From assembly GCA_951406725.2 (NCBI GenBank), contig OX597830.1:28892001-28956000 (forward strand): DNA of 64,000 bases. Reading direction: 5' to 3'. Positions within the stretch are counted from its first letter, which is position 1, and every line of letters begins with the position of its first letter. Below are positions 14,083-29,505 of this stretch, in pieces. The stretch comes from Octopus vulgaris (taxonomy: Eukaryota). Under the pieces are notes generated by a model. It was not told the origin of the DNA. It did not search any database and worked only from the letters and a program-made list of their open reading frames with translations. The translations under genes and the position numbers were made by a program.

Positions 14083-14163
14083 CATCTATCCATCTATCTA
14101 TCTTTTCTATCTATCTATCTACTTACCAATCTATCTATCTATCTATCTATCCATCAATCTATC

Positions 14164-14239
<76 letters not shown>

Positions 14240-14275
14240 CCAATCTATCTATCTGTCTATTTATTTATCTATCTA
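13880..14275 (+). repeat. compound (CTAT)n/(CT)n array
   Basis: Direct reading. Confidence 0.95.
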
Positions 14276-14962
14276 TACGTTTACTTACGTTTGAAGAAAG
14301 GGATATCATACATATACTGGCATATATGTCGGAGATTGGGTATTGGGCTGTATTTCTGCCTGTATATGTCTATGTCTGGCTGTTGGAGAATGTGCATGAA
14401 TAATTAAAATGGGAGCTAGAAGGTTAATACGTATATAAATATATATATATATATATATATACATATACATATGTGTCTATGTGTGTGTGTGTGTATAAGA
14501 AAGTTTGCATTTGTTAATCAATCTGTCTATTAAATTCTGCAACTACAGTTCGTTCCACCAAGTATGTCTATATGCCCACATTAAATCTCTCTCTCTTCCT
14601 CCCTCATCACTCTCTGTATCTATCCATTTGTTTATCAAGTTATGTATATACACCTGCATATGTATATACGAATATCTTATAAAGCTATCTTTTATTCAGA
14701 CAATACTCAGAATTTTCTGAGCGTGACGTACATCACCATGATGCTGAAAGCTTGCAGCAAGTAACTCTGAGTAGTTGGGAGTATGTATTATCAGTTTCAA
14801 AATAAATTTATACTACGAATTTTATGAACAAATATTGCTCCCATATCTACCTTTAAACGAGGTATATATGAGTATAAGAGGGAATAAGCACACATATATA
14901 TATATGCATACATACATAAAACATACATTGCGCAGATATACTATGCATACATATATACATAC

Positions 14963-15035
<73 letters not shown>

Positions 15036-15057
15036 GGTGTAAGTATATATGTTATAT

Positions 15058-15132
<75 letters not shown>

Positions 15133-15723
15133 CGACCCGTAGCGAGTGTTAACATAGAACAAAACTTGAGCATATGCATAACTAGTTAATTACTTAGATG
15201 TAAAGCAATAGGGATATATGATTAGAGAATTACCAAGCCAGCTCCAAAACAATATAAAATAGTGTGTATACACTTATACACACTCATATATTGTCATATA
15301 GATAAGTCAAACCGATAGATATATGTATAAACGGAAATGTAGACGCAACAGACTGATACACACATAGATAGACTAATATGAAGATATGAAGAAAAATTGA
15401 TAGGCAGAAATATTACGGATGTTACCATGTTATATAATAAATGTATATCTATAATATAGGTATCATAAAAATAGCCTGGTACAGTTTCATACTTAATCTT
15501 ACCCAAAACGATTGCAGTGGAACGAAATATATGGTAGATACAGCCTGAATAACTCAACTGTGTGCAAGCGATATAAATTTACGGGGTATGTTTTAGAAGC
15601 CATTTAGCATCGCAATTTCAAAATCTTGTGGCGTAATGCTCAATATATATATATATATATATATATACAAACATGTACACACATACCTACACACATATAT
15701 AGACACACGCAAATATCTATATG

Positions 15724-15788
<65 letters not shown>

Positions 15789-15818
15789 GCACACACATAT
15801 TTGTATGTAGAAATATAA

Positions 15819-15891
<73 letters not shown>

Positions 15892-15944
15892 CATATATAT
15901 GTATGTATACACATACGAATATGTGTAATGCATATGTATACATA

Positions 15945-16022
<78 letters not shown>

Positions 16023-16472
16023 TAGATAGATATATATATAGATGGATGGATAGATGGATAGATAGATAGATAGACAGATATATAGATAGAAAGATAGATA
16101 CAGATATGGTCATCTGTGACATCACCACCGCCTTCACTTGATACACTAACCCTCCAAGGCCAAACACGACCACCACCCACAGCAGCAGCAGCATCGAATA
16201 CAGCAGTAACTCTAGCAGCAGCAGTGACGGCAGCAGCAGGAGAAGCTGAAGAATTAGAAGAAGATTCGAAGTATGCGAAAGATTAAAAGATGGAAGAGCA
16301 TGTTGTTAGGGCAAGGTGCTAAAGTCGGAAAATATATTGATTATCTAAGTACGTACATGCTTGCTCTGCTATCTAACCACAGCATATAAAAACCTACATA
16401 CATACACATATGCATACATACATATTTACATACATACATTCATACATACACACACATATGCATATTTGTATG

Positions 16473-16505
<33 letters not shown>

Positions 16506-16761
16506 ATGTGTATATCATTCCTGTTATTCTTATGGTTGCGTCTCTCTCTCTCTCTGTGATTTGATATGATGTCACCATTATTGCCCTAGCTTTAACTGCA
16601 CAGAGACGACCAGTCACTTTGACACTTAGTCAACCGACGAAGAATATACATACATACAAACATTCATACATAGATACATACATACACACGCATATTTATA
16701 TACGTATGTATATATAAACATACATGCATATACATATAAAATATAAAATTACACATGGAAA

Positions 16762-16825
<64 letters not shown>

Positions 16826-17166
16826 ACACATTATATACACAAAGAAAGATATTTATTTATAAGCTATTCTTACATATGGTCTTATGTTTATAGATATTAC
16901 ACGGAGATTTATCTCAATTATTATATACATTAGTGTGTCGGTATTTTCATTTATAAATGAATGTGCGCGTGTGTGTCTGTTTTGGGGGTGATAAATTTAC
17001 ATACATATATGTGTATACATTTGAATTTGCCTGTGTATCTACTTTTGAAGTACACATGTGTTTGTTTTAATCTATACACAATAAATATATAAGCATCATA
17101 TTTTAAATTTATATATGTATATATATATATGTATATGTGTGTGTGTATATATATATATATAATGTA

Positions 17167-17200
<34 letters not shown>

Positions 17201-17230
17201 CGTATATATATGTATATATATGTATATGTA

Positions 17231-17286
<56 letters not shown>

Positions 17287-18289
17287 GATATATTGATAGA
17301 TGTATATAATGATTTATCTATGAAAACACTCGTATATACATAAACTTATGTGTCGGCATGTGTACATATACATAATAATTTAATCTGATTGATCGATACA
17401 CAGGTATGTTTAGACATATATACAGAGAACTTCAATATTTCATATTCTTTAACAAATGTGAATTTATTCTTCTGCAGCACTTGGAATTGCTAACATTTCA
17501 TGAGAGAATGAATGAGAATGTGTGTGAGAGATAATTAAAGATACACCCACGCGCGCGAGCTCACACATATACACACGCAGTTACACACACACACTTACAC
17601 AGGTACACACACATAATTGTTTTACGTATATATGTATATGGATGAAGGTGTGCGTATATGGGAAGGGAAAAATGAAAGCATAGAAAAAAACAAAAAAAAC
17701 AACAAATTTCATTTTCAGAAATAATAGAAATATGGTATATAATTAAAATTAAAATAAATTACACAATATTACTTTTTGTCATCCTCAGTAGGGATGATAT
17801 TATGCCTACAGTCACGCATGCGCACATCGCAATGTTCTGGTATTACACATGTGTGTGCGTGCGCGCGTTTATATGTGTATATATATATACACACACACAA
17901 ATATTATACATACATGCTTATGCATAATCGTCTCTCACTCTCTTTTTACACACGCAAAAATACGTACATATATATATACATATATACACATATTAATATA
18001 TATATTTATTTATATATATATATATATAATATTCCATATACGTGCATATACTACACACTCACACACACACACACATATATATATAATATATATACATATA
18101 TATATATATACCTTATATGTGTGTGTATATATATGTATATATTTATACATATATACATTCATACATTTATATATACATATATATATTTATATGTATATAT
18201 AAATACATATGCGTATATATGTATATATGTATATATGTGTATACATATTTTATATACATATATATTATATATATATATATACATACCTA

Positions 18290-18331
<42 letters not shown>

Positions 18332-18701
18332 CGTACATTTGACATATGCATGCTTTTATGCAAGCATCCGCCTCTTCCCAGTCCAGTTGGAACTTCTGTT
18401 AGCACGTCTGCCTTTTAAACCTAGCAGTTCTGGCAGCAAACATTTTTACCTATGCATCCAATAAATATTAGAATCCTTATTTACCTATCTACAGTTCAAA
18501 AATCTTTAAATTCTAAATTCTCTGCTTTCGGTTTTTTTTTCTTCCTTTCGTTCTACAAGAATAATACTCCACATACAAACAGAATTTTCTCTAACGGATC
18601 CTGACTTAAGAATTTACAAATATGTATCTACATTTACGCACACACATACAAATAAACCTGCACTTATGTATGAACGTATGTATCTTTGTATGTACGTAAG
18701 T

Positions 18702-18850
18702 ATTTCTGATATGGTCCAGGCAGTCACTCGCATATTACAAGAGACTTGGCATTGTCTGCGAAGAAATATTACAGAATGTATGCGGTGTGCCGAGCAGCAT
18801 TCAGAATTAATTTCTGAAAATAATGGCGTGTTCCTTATAAATTTTTCAGT
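18702..18850 (+). pseudogene. probable Tc1/mariner transposase C-terminal remnant
   Basis: Translates ISDMVQAVTRILQETWHCLRRNITECMRCAEQHSELI, resembling the I..AV..VT..ML..VW......L..C....G.H.E.L tail of mariner-like transposases (recalled pattern, not searched). Confidence 0.4.
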
Positions 18851-19081
18851 TGTGATAGGCATATATATATATATATATATGCTTGTATGTATGTATGTAT
18901 GTAAGTATGTATATGTATCTCTGTGTATGTTTGTATGTGTGTGTGTGTATATGTGTGTGTGTATATGTGTGTGTTTGTGTGTGTGTGTGTGTGATGTAAC
19001 AATGCAACAAGCCCTGAAACGTGCATAATATGAAGTATTCACGAACACATACATAAACAGATATAGCTACACACACACAAG

Positions 19082-19114
<33 letters not shown>

Positions 19115-19311
19115 GTATTTATATACATATATATATATATATATATACTACAAATATGTATACACACATATACATATATATATATACTTCTATATAAATA
19201 AATTTATGAATACACATATATATGCATATATATGTAAATATTTACATATACATATATACCTATATTAATTTATATGTGTGTATGATGTGTGTGTGTATGT
19301 TTTTTGTGTGC

Positions 19312-19344
<33 letters not shown>

Positions 19345-19600
19345 TGTGTTCTTATCTAAATACTAGTTGGGGGTGTTAGACGAAAGAAAAAGGAACCCTG
19401 CAAATTTTGTAGCAGTTACATGTATACTTATTTTAAATTTAAATCAGTTTCAGTTAGATCCATAGGACTTAAAGTGTTGCTGGGCTCCTTAGAGAAACTT
19501 GTGTGTGTGCATGTGTGTGTGAGGGTATGAGTGCGTATATATATAGAGATGTGTAAATGAATATATATAAATATATATGTGTGTCTGTGTGTGTGTATTG

Positions 19601-19913
19601 TGAAGGCGCATGACTCGGTGGTAAGAGCGTCGAGCTTACGATCGTGAGGTTGTGAGTTCGAATCCCAGACCGAGCTGCGTTTTTTGTTCTTGAGCAAAAC
19701 ACTTTATTTCACATTGCTCCAGTTCACACAGCTGTAGAAATGAGTTGCAACGTCACAGGCGCCAAGCTGTATAGGCCTGTGGCTATGCCTTGGATAACAC
19801 TGGTGGCCCGGAGAGGGGACACCGGTATGTATGGACGACTGCTGGTCTTCCATAAACAACCTTGCCTGTAATTGTGCCTCGGAGGGTAACTCCTAGGTGC
19901 AATCCTATGGTCA
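19601..19913 (+). mobile_element. tRNA-derived SINE family C, near full length
   Basis: A box TGACTCGGTGG, B box GAGTTCGAATCC; colinear with 48496-48810. Confidence 0.85.
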
Positions 19914-20010
19914 ATCATATAAATATGCTCAGGAGCATATTTATATATGATATATATATATTATTTATATATATATATATATATATACACATAAATACAT
20001 ACATATATAT

Positions 20011-20055
20011 AAACTGTCCGACGAACTAGAACGGGAAACTCCGAGTAACAGGTTT
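20011..20055 (+). ncRNA. type I hammerhead ribozyme motif (U4C, decayed stem II)
   Basis: Stem I (AAA)CTGT/ACAG(G)(TTT); core CCGACGA(20018-20024); GAAA(20035-20038); helix III ACTC-c-GAGT; GUA triplet ending 20047. Confidence 0.6.
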
Positions 20056-20156
20056 TGTTGAATTTCGGCTGCTTTTAAATAAAGCATATTACTCTACACC
20101 TGGTATTTGAGTACACTTTTTTCCACCTTGTTTCACATTTATGTGTTTACTCCGGT
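20011..20156 (+). mobile_element. Penelope-like terminal fragment between (TA)n tracts
   Basis: Starts with a hammerhead motif, contains AATAAA, ends ...gtttactccgg directly into (TA)n. Confidence 0.6.
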
Positions 20157-20166
20157 ATATATGTAA

Positions 20167-20259
<93 letters not shown>

Positions 20260-20262
<3 letters not shown>

Positions 20263-20330
20263 TACAAAATATGACAAGAACGCAAAGCAACCGGACACCT
20301 AGGTGATATAAAAAGGGACTACAAAACATA
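20260..20330 (-). mobile_element. Penelope-like terminus, same family as 39145-39300 and 39620-39690
   Basis: Reverse complement gtccctttttatatcacctaggtgtccggttgctttgcgttcttgtcatattttgta aligns to 39628-39688. Confidence 0.6.
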
Positions 20331-20338
20331 TACATATC

Positions 20339-20427
<89 letters not shown>

Positions 20428-21384
20428 ATATGTATATATGCATATATTTATATCCATGGTCGTAATGCATATTTTTGAATATATATATGTGTATGTACAT
20501 ATATGTGCACATATATATATGTATGTGTGTGCGCGCGCGCGCGCGTGTGTGTATACACGTACACATATGTCTATGTCTTCATATAACTATGGAGACTTGT
20601 GTTCGAGCCGTATCGTGTGCGTTTTCCGAATGTCTTTTGCGATAGCCAAGTTTCAACCAGACTCTTCATGTGTCATGTTTTACAAATAGGTTTTCTCAAG
20701 AAACTTATCCACTTCACTGTTCTTTTAATATCTCTCAAGGTCATTTCTGCTTTATGCATTTTGGTCGCTGCTACTTGTACTTTAATTGTTCATCTATCTG
20801 GAATATGTTCAAAGATGAATTCTTTATAATACATGAGTAACAACATTTAGGCTACACAGTTCAGTTTATTGAACAACTGGAATATTTATTATCCAAAAGG
20901 ACCCGCATCTTCTTTTTTATACGTTTGAATATGTGAGATTGTTTGTTTGAAGAGATGTCCTATATGAGGAGTACATATCTTACGTAAAAGAGAGGTGTAC
21001 AAAACACATTCTCTTCATAATCATTATCAAAACTAGATGGCGTCTGTGTTTGACAAGCTTAACAAATGGGAAAAATGAAAAAGAATATTAAGGGCAGTTT
21101 TACTATAAAAGTTTTAGTTTATGTAATACATCGTACAGAAATAAATATAGATCCATGAACATATACATATACAGAAAAAAAGTTCCTCTTGGAAAATATC
21201 CGAAACAGGGGTGCAGACTACGGATACAGGTATGCAGAGATTTACAGCCATTAAATAAACAATTATACAACTCATTGTGCGAGTATGCGCGAGTATGCGT
21301 GTAAATATGTGTGTGTGTAAATATACTGGTATATATATGTATACAGACAGACACAAGCATACACACACAGACACACTCACACAC

Positions 21385-21810
21385 ATACATGCATGATACA
21401 TACATGAATACATACATACATACGTACATACATACATACATACATACATACATACATACATACGTACGTACATACATACATACATATACATACATACATA
21501 CATACATACATACATACATACATACATACATACATACATACATACATACATACATACATACATACATGCATACATACATACATACATACATACATACATA
21601 CATACATACATACATACATGTATACATACATACATACATACATACATACATACATACATACATACATACATGCATACATACATACATACATACATACATA
21701 CATACATACATACATACATGCATACATACATACATACATGCATACATACATACATACATACATACATACATGCATACATACATACATACATACATACATA
21801 CATACATGTA
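21385..21810 (+). repeat. long (TACA)n tetranucleotide array
   Basis: About 425 bp, interrupted by occasional TGCA/TACG units; source of the 234-290 aa MYVC pseudo-ORFs. Confidence 0.97.
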
Positions 21811-22744
21811 TATATGTATGCATGAATGTATGTATATATGTATATCAGTAATGGAATGTTAGGCGAACTAAAGAAACTCGGCCTCATGTTCTCTGAGAGC
21901 ACGAGCATGTACTTAATTTGGATTTTATACTTTTCAACAGTTTGATTGTGAATTGTGGAGCCATCGCAAATTTTTACTAAAAACAAACAAGTGATGAGAA
22001 TTCAGATTCTTTATTGCCAGCTTCCATAACACAATCCAACCTCTGAATGACAATAACGCAAGAATCATTCGATATTGAGGCCGTTATGAATTATTATGGA
22101 TTATAAGATGGTGCACAAGTTAACCCAGAGCTCAAGCGACCGGAGGAATATCGGAAAGCTGAAATTACATATAACTCAAGTTACGCTGAGACGTGCGTAC
22201 TTGACGAAATACACCGAGCACACACACACACACATACACATACAAACACACACATACATACAAACACACACACTCATACAAACACACATACATACACAAC
22301 ATGCACACACATTCACACACGCATAATCATGTATATTTGTGAGTATGTGTACCTGTGTGTGTGTCTGTGTGTGCCCGTGTGTTTATGTGTCTGCCTCTGA
22401 GTATATGTATATGCATATATTCATATATATATGTATATGTGCACGCGCGTGTGTGTATACACTCAGGGAAACACGCTCAGACATACACATAGACATAAAC
22501 ACACATTCACACACGCTTATATGTCTATATACATAAATTTATATTCATAGACATGCGTTGAGGTTTATATATGTGTATATATGTTTATACCCAAATAATT
22601 ATAACCACATACCCACGCACTCAGGCATATGTCTTTGTGTCCATATATAAATATGAAAACCATCAATATATTTATATTATGTACATATATATATATATTA
22701 TGTACATATATATATATATATTATGTACGTATATATATATATTA

Positions 22745-22849
<105 letters not shown>

Positions 22850-22859
22850 ATATTTCTAG

Positions 22860-22901
<42 letters not shown>

Positions 22902-23715
22902 ACTTGCATGTACGCATGCAAATGCTACTACGTGTACAAATAATATCAAAGACTTTCATGCAAATATATGAATAAATGCATACCCTTTTATAAAAATGAG
23001 CTTTTAATACTTTAGACCATGTTCTAATTTTCTTACACGTTCAAGTCTTTACTGTCCATCCGTCTCTTAATACCCCTATTATGTATGACCGTTTTAGAAG
23101 CCACCCAACTATCCGATTGTTGTGACAAAGTCATGTGATGTGTTCGATAAGAAACGTATGTACACAACTTTAAAACTTTGAGTACACTTCAAAAGGAGCC
23201 AAAAAAAAAAAATTTGTGCATGTCTGAGTGTGTGTATGTATGCGTGCATTATTTTATTCTCATTTCTGTTGTGTTTCAGGGTAAAGGCTTTGGCCACACT
23301 GGGGGAATATGTATTCATATATACAACTGAACACACACGGACACAACTGCCATAATGCAGACTCGCTCACACGCAAATCGATGTACACTTACAAGCCCCC
23401 GCGTGCATACACACGAACACACACGCACAAACTCATACACACATGCGAATGTATTACATATTTACATCTATCTTTGTGTCTATATTTCTATCTATCTATG
23501 TATATGCACATATATACACGCATATACATATGTATACATACACATATACACACACATATGTGTATATATATACAAATGTTTATATTATGTGTATATATGT
23601 GTGTGTGTGTATATAGGTATATACATATATATATATGCACAAGGCATACTTACACACACGTACCCAAACACACATGTGTGTGTATAAATATATATATATA
23701 TGTATATATTATGTT

Positions 23716-23749
<34 letters not shown>

Positions 23750-23947
23750 TATATATAATATATATATATATATATACGTATATAAATATTGAATTGGAGG
23801 CTCTAAGATTGGTAGATTCATACACACATCCCGAGATTTAGATAAAGACAAAACAAACGATAATGGGACAATGATAGATAAATATGTATACATACATTCG
23901 CAGTTCATGAATATTATAACGTACAAAGCGCAAAAGGCATCTGAGTT

Positions 23948-24045
<98 letters not shown>

Positions 24046-26261
24046 CATATATATATATATATATATATATTTACACTATATACATATATATGTATACACA
24101 CACATACATACATTACACACACACATATACTTGTTATCCTTTCTATTATCAATTGTGATATTAGATTTGATATACAACACAAGTATTAACAATGCACTGT
24201 TATATCTGATAGATGTGTGGTGATATTATTTTCGTAATTTCGTAGTTTCTTTTAACCAGTCTGCTTTTATCCTATTGCTAATGTAATTTTATTTCTGTGG
24301 ATCTATCCTTTAATCTCAAACATACACAAAACACTCATAAACAAACAAAGAAACAATCAAACAAAATATAAAAGAAAAAAGAAACATACCCTTTTTCTCA
24401 ATTCTTCAAATATATAATTACCTATTTATTAAGCCAATCAATCTAGAAATTTCTAACTAGATATTTGGACTCCCCAGTGATTCGTCCAAAATGTAAACGA
24501 TTTGCATATATATTATGTAATTATATACACTTCATAGACATCTGCACTCATGCGTGCGTATCTATATAGACTTGTACGGGTGTGTGTGTCTGCTTTGTAG
24601 ATACGTGTGTGAATGTAAATGGGTATGTGCTCTTGTTTTTGTCTACGCCAAGCACACAAATTCTTAACAACGTTATGTCCATCAAAAGTGACGTCACTTT
24701 AGATTAGTTTCTAGCCTGTCAATTCCAGGAAAGAACGGTTTCGATTCTCACTTGCCATTTTAAATTTTACTTCGGTTCTCTGTTTATATCTATCCGTTAT
24801 CTTTTCTCGGTATCTCCCCCGCCTCACATTCTCTGGTTCTTTCTGTCTGTTTTACTAATATTTTCTCTCTTCACATATCTTACTTTATTCGCCTTTATTC
24901 TTACACTTTTACGTGGCTTTGGTTTTTATTATTAGTTAAGGAATTCTATGCTTCGAAGGAAGCCTGATATGTCATCGATGAACGAATTCACTATCGATAA
25001 CATAACTTTAATAAACATCTGAACTTCAAAATATTATACCATAGATGAGTAATTTTTATCATTAACCATCCACACATAAACACACACACACATATATTCA
25101 CACAAACGTATATACGACCAATAGCTGCTATATTTCACTTTTTGCTATTTCTTACAAAGATCAAAACATTTCTGCAGCCTCTGTGATGCCAAAATATCTC
25201 GCTACATACATCTTTGAGTGGCCATCTGAACATCAAGTACATTGTAGATGAGTATGTTTTGTCTCTCTGTCTCCCCCTCTCTCTCTTTGTCTATCTGCCT
25301 GTCTCTCTCTTTCACTTACATGCACACAGACTCAAGCAATAACTGCACTATTTCACTTGACGATTTGCACCCTGTGCCTTCACAGAAACCCATCCCAAAC
25401 ACATTTCGATTGCTCAATGGTAAATTGAGAAAAATATGATGGAAAATACATGTAATTCATTTAAATACATGAATCTGTTACTTTAGTGTTCTTCTTGTAA
25501 TTATTATTGTTCGTGCTGATGCCTTGTACAAAATGTCAAAATTGATTTTACAGATCTATGATCGAAGTTCTATCTGAAATGGTGATCCTACTTTTTTTTT
25601 TAAAGAAATTTACAAGTACATTTTATTTTGTGTCCTTTCCCAAGACGACAGAGTATGCTTTGAGAGAAGACACTGACTTGCAGCTGGATGCTTGAGATCA
25701 AGTATAGACATACATTCTTACACACATGCACGCGTATACTATACTCTGGTAATTTTCTTCTAATATAAAGTGTTTGGTGGAGTACCATAGTAGCTTGAAC
25801 AATGCGACATTATGGGTAAAAGTTTTTAAAAAATACGAAATTAACCTCCACAAGCCATCACTTGATGGCTTATGTTTTCTTAAGTTTGCTGCTGTTCAGT
25901 ATGTTTCATAATATCAGTTACCAGCAAAGAGCCCCTTTTATTAATGAAACAAATGTTTAAATCCGCATTCAATCAAATTTGTAGAGACGAAAGCGATGAA
26001 AAAAACGTTTTGGAACTGATGAGTCGATGACGAGCAACTAATGATTTAACTGCTTATTTATCAAACTCTCTCTGATTTTTGCCTTAGTTTATCTGGGTAA
26101 CATTTTAAAATGATTCAAAACCTAATCCAAGATACTATATAAAGAGTTATATAAATCTTTAGTGTAATTCTTAGTGATTGTTCGCATAAATTGCAAGACT
26201 GATGTCCTTCGTCATGAGATTCCCGACACAGAATATTGACCCAAAAGATATTGTGGCTTTC

Positions 26262-26390
26262 TTCTCTCTCTCTCTCTCTCACCTCTCTCTCTCCCTCTCT
26301 CTCTCCCCTCTCTCTCCCCTCTCTCTCCCTCTCTCTCTCCCCTCTCTCTCCCTCTCTCTCTCCCCTCTCTCTCCCTCTCTCTCTCTCTCA
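26262..26390 (+). repeat. polypyrimidine (CT)n/(CTCC)n tract
   Basis: Direct reading; almost pure C/T strand. Confidence 0.9.
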
Positions 26391-29254
26391 CTCTTTTTGT
26401 TTCCGTGAAAGAAATAAAGGATCTTTTATATTTGCGATTTTTACATTTTTACTTTGTAAGGTCTTATCAAACACATTTTCTGAAAGTTATAGTCAAATAA
26501 AATATATCTGTCTTAGCATCAATGGGATTTCTTCTCTGTGTTCTTTAGGGTTCCTGAAGAAATTTCTCATCCAAAGTCTAACAAATCATTCAAAATTTTT
26601 TTCTGCAATGATATCGGAGTAACGTAAAGAAGTATTCACCATTTTCTTAATCAACTACCGAAAAAACCGACTTTAAAACTCTTGGGACTTCTTGAACTTT
26701 TCACCTTCGTTAACAACATTGGAAAATAACGATTAATATGGCACCCTAAGGTGCTCCTGGTGAATGATACTGTAAATAGTAAATTAAAAAGATATACGTC
26801 TTTTATATAAATGACAAATCATTTGCTTCACCCAACGATTATAGCGGCCTAGCCAATTATACTCTCGACCGGAACATTACTCTCACTACAAACTTTCATC
26901 ATTTAAAACTCATTTGAATCCTTAAATCTAACAATATCCCCCACTATCAGTTTGCTTGCTGCCCAAAATCTCATATAAACTACGAGAAGTGAGTATTTAT
27001 CTTCTAGTTCCGCCTAAGAATAAAGGGAATATCCAGAATCAAAGTAAAATGACCAATCCCTGTTCAATATCATCTGGTGTTGTAGTATCGATCATTCTAG
27101 CAAGAGTGAAACAGCTTAAAGAAGTGGACTAAATTCTCAGCCAAGTTCACAACATCGTATATTATTATGGACAGTTAAGGTAGAATAATTGGCACACTTG
27201 TTATTATAAGTATTTCTAGTTTTACTAATTATTTACGTATTATATTTGATGCGGCAATGCCAGTTCTAACTTCGAAATAAATAGACGATATATATTTCTT
27301 CGTTGGATGCGCGGTAGCTAAATGTTATGCCTCCTGCTTTAATTAGAACAGGTAGTGGTGCATATCAAACATATGGGCAGAAATGTGTTGTGTGGAAAAG
27401 CGATGAACCTAGACGATATGTATTCCGTTAAATATTACTGACATTTCTTTTAACTGAAGAACTCATGGGTAAAATTATTTCTTAAAATTAAAATAAATAA
27501 TAATAGTCAGACACCTTGAACAAGGAAAATAATGAAGAAATATTGAAGAGAATAAACAAAACAAACTTTTTAAATAGCTTTTGAGGGATGAAACAAATGT
27601 TAATAAAATAACAATAGAAATAGAATGAGAGGTTTCTCGGTTAGAGGAGATGCCATATAGTCTGCGATAAAGATTCTGCTTATAACGTGACTCTGAAAAT
27701 AAAGGTGATGGTGTCGAACAAGAATTGGAAATTTTTTATGGAGACGAAGCTAAAAGCTAAGAATATCTCGTAAATTCGGAATAACAATCAGATACACGAT
27801 TAAAAGTATCGTTTTAACAAAAGGAAGGAGACTCGATAAAAGCGATGTTACACATCAATTATGCAACAATTATTTCAAATAGTTGAACAACGAAGAACTC
27901 AGGGAAACAACCATAAAAAAGAAAGGTGCAATGTTTATAATATTGCTGTGATATTAGGAAAAGAAAAGAGAATTCGACGTTTTGGACACAGGTACTTTGT
28001 CAAAACGTGGAAAGAAAATCCCTTATGTTATAACCGTTTATAAATAATTAATGAAAGGACAAGGGTGAAGCTATGTAGTGCGGTGCTTTACTGGTAAAAC
28101 AGACAATCAACGGAGCGAGGTAGGTTATCAGAATTTCAAGAATACATGAGTCTGTGTGGCGGAAGTTCGTACGTGCGTATGTGCATGTAGACAAGTATGT
28201 GTGTGTGAGCATGCATAGTAAGTAGTTATGTGCGTATGTGCTCTGGCAAATAAATGCGGAAGTTAGCACGACTTAGCTTGGTAGAAGTGACTGGTAGAAG
28301 GTTATATGTGAGGAGGAATAGTGTGTGTGTGCGTGATCTGAAATAGAAAATAAGTTTTGAAGTAAATGTAGGTGCTTGAGTATGATTTTTAAGATAGAGG
28401 AAGTGTTACTAATAAACCCACTTAGTAAGCTACGTAAAAGACGGAAAATGAGTTGCTGTTTGCGATCAAGCAACAGGAGATCCCAGGCGTAACCTGTCCT
28501 AAACTATGGAACTCTTGTTTGAAATAACATAATTACTTTATTTTGCATTGGTGTTGTTCGTTAAATAATTGTGTCAATTTTTGAGGTTGCTCTCGAGACA
28601 GTGTTGACATGCTATTACAATCACACGCCTTTTGTGAACAATCAAATAAATAAACTCACTGTTACACGCAGACAAATTTTTGGGTTCGACAAAAAAGGAA
28701 GAAAAGAAACGAGTTTTCAATTTTGAGTAAACATCTTTTACCCAACATTAACCATTTTCCTACATGTAAAGCTTTGTCTAACTTCTGTCGAGTATGATCA
28801 GCTGCCTTGATATTTCATCGGTTCGTTTGCCAGGAATCTATAAAGTCTCACGCTTTTCTTTCTCAAAGTTTTCAGTTTGTAGACAAATGAATTTAGAGAA
28901 TCCTACAGCCATATGGTCCCTGGTGATGGAGACCGCTCTCTGCATACAGTAGTACTTGTGTTAGTGTCTGTATAAGTGCGAGTGTATTTATCCATACGTA
29001 TGTGCCACACTTTCCGCCTGCTCACTTTCTTTGAGACGGTTTCGAAGATTATGTGGATGCCCTTCAAATGAACTCTATCATTCAAAGAGCACCTTTCCGT
29101 GGAGTGTATTAGGCATATTTTCTCTGAGAACTACATTAAACGTACCAAAGTCTGTAGGATACTCAGTCACATAAGTTGCATTTGAATGAGTTAGAAATTC
29201 AATTAATCAATTATTTAGACCTTCACTGCTGACAGTAGAATATCCTCTTAGGAC

Positions 29255-29340
<86 letters not shown>

Positions 29341-29505
29341 GAAAGGGCTGATCCAGTAAAGGAATAGGGTGGCTGAGAGGCACGTGACCCCTTCAAGAGA
29401 AGACGTGCACCCTTCTAAATATTGTTATTACGCCCTTTTCTCCAGGAATTGTATTCTTTTCTGACCTTGTACACTCCCTTCAAAAAATTCACGGGACCGC
29501 GCCTG
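29341..29505. mobile_element. degenerate MITE with PIF/Harbinger-like ends
   Basis: Left end aagggctgatccag and right end cgggaccgcgcctg both resemble the CAGGGGCGGATCCAG TIR type; lies directly before an R4-type 3' remnant. Confidence 0.4.

Noticed and set aside
16110-16286. Ala/Glu/Pro-rich open frame SSVTSPPP...[12 protein letters not shown]
   Set aside because: Built from decayed (CAG)/(CAC)/(GAA) repeats; no in-frame ATG or usable splice acceptor
19601-19675. tRNA gene calls here and at 33890-33965, 48496-48570, 49693-49765
   Set aside because: A and B boxes are present but the cloverleaf and acceptor stem are not, and each continues into a multi-copy SINE body
20600-21280. Possible LINE ORF1/gag remnant on the minus strand
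   Set aside because: Multiple stops and no intact CCHC or other diagnostic motif that I can recognise
21103-21986. 234-290 aa MYVC-repeat ORFs
   Set aside because: Pure (TGTA)n microsatellite read-through
26016-26040. CTGATGA-GTC-gat-GAC hammerhead look-alike
   Set aside because: Followed by GAGC instead of GAAA; no helix III or stem I pairing
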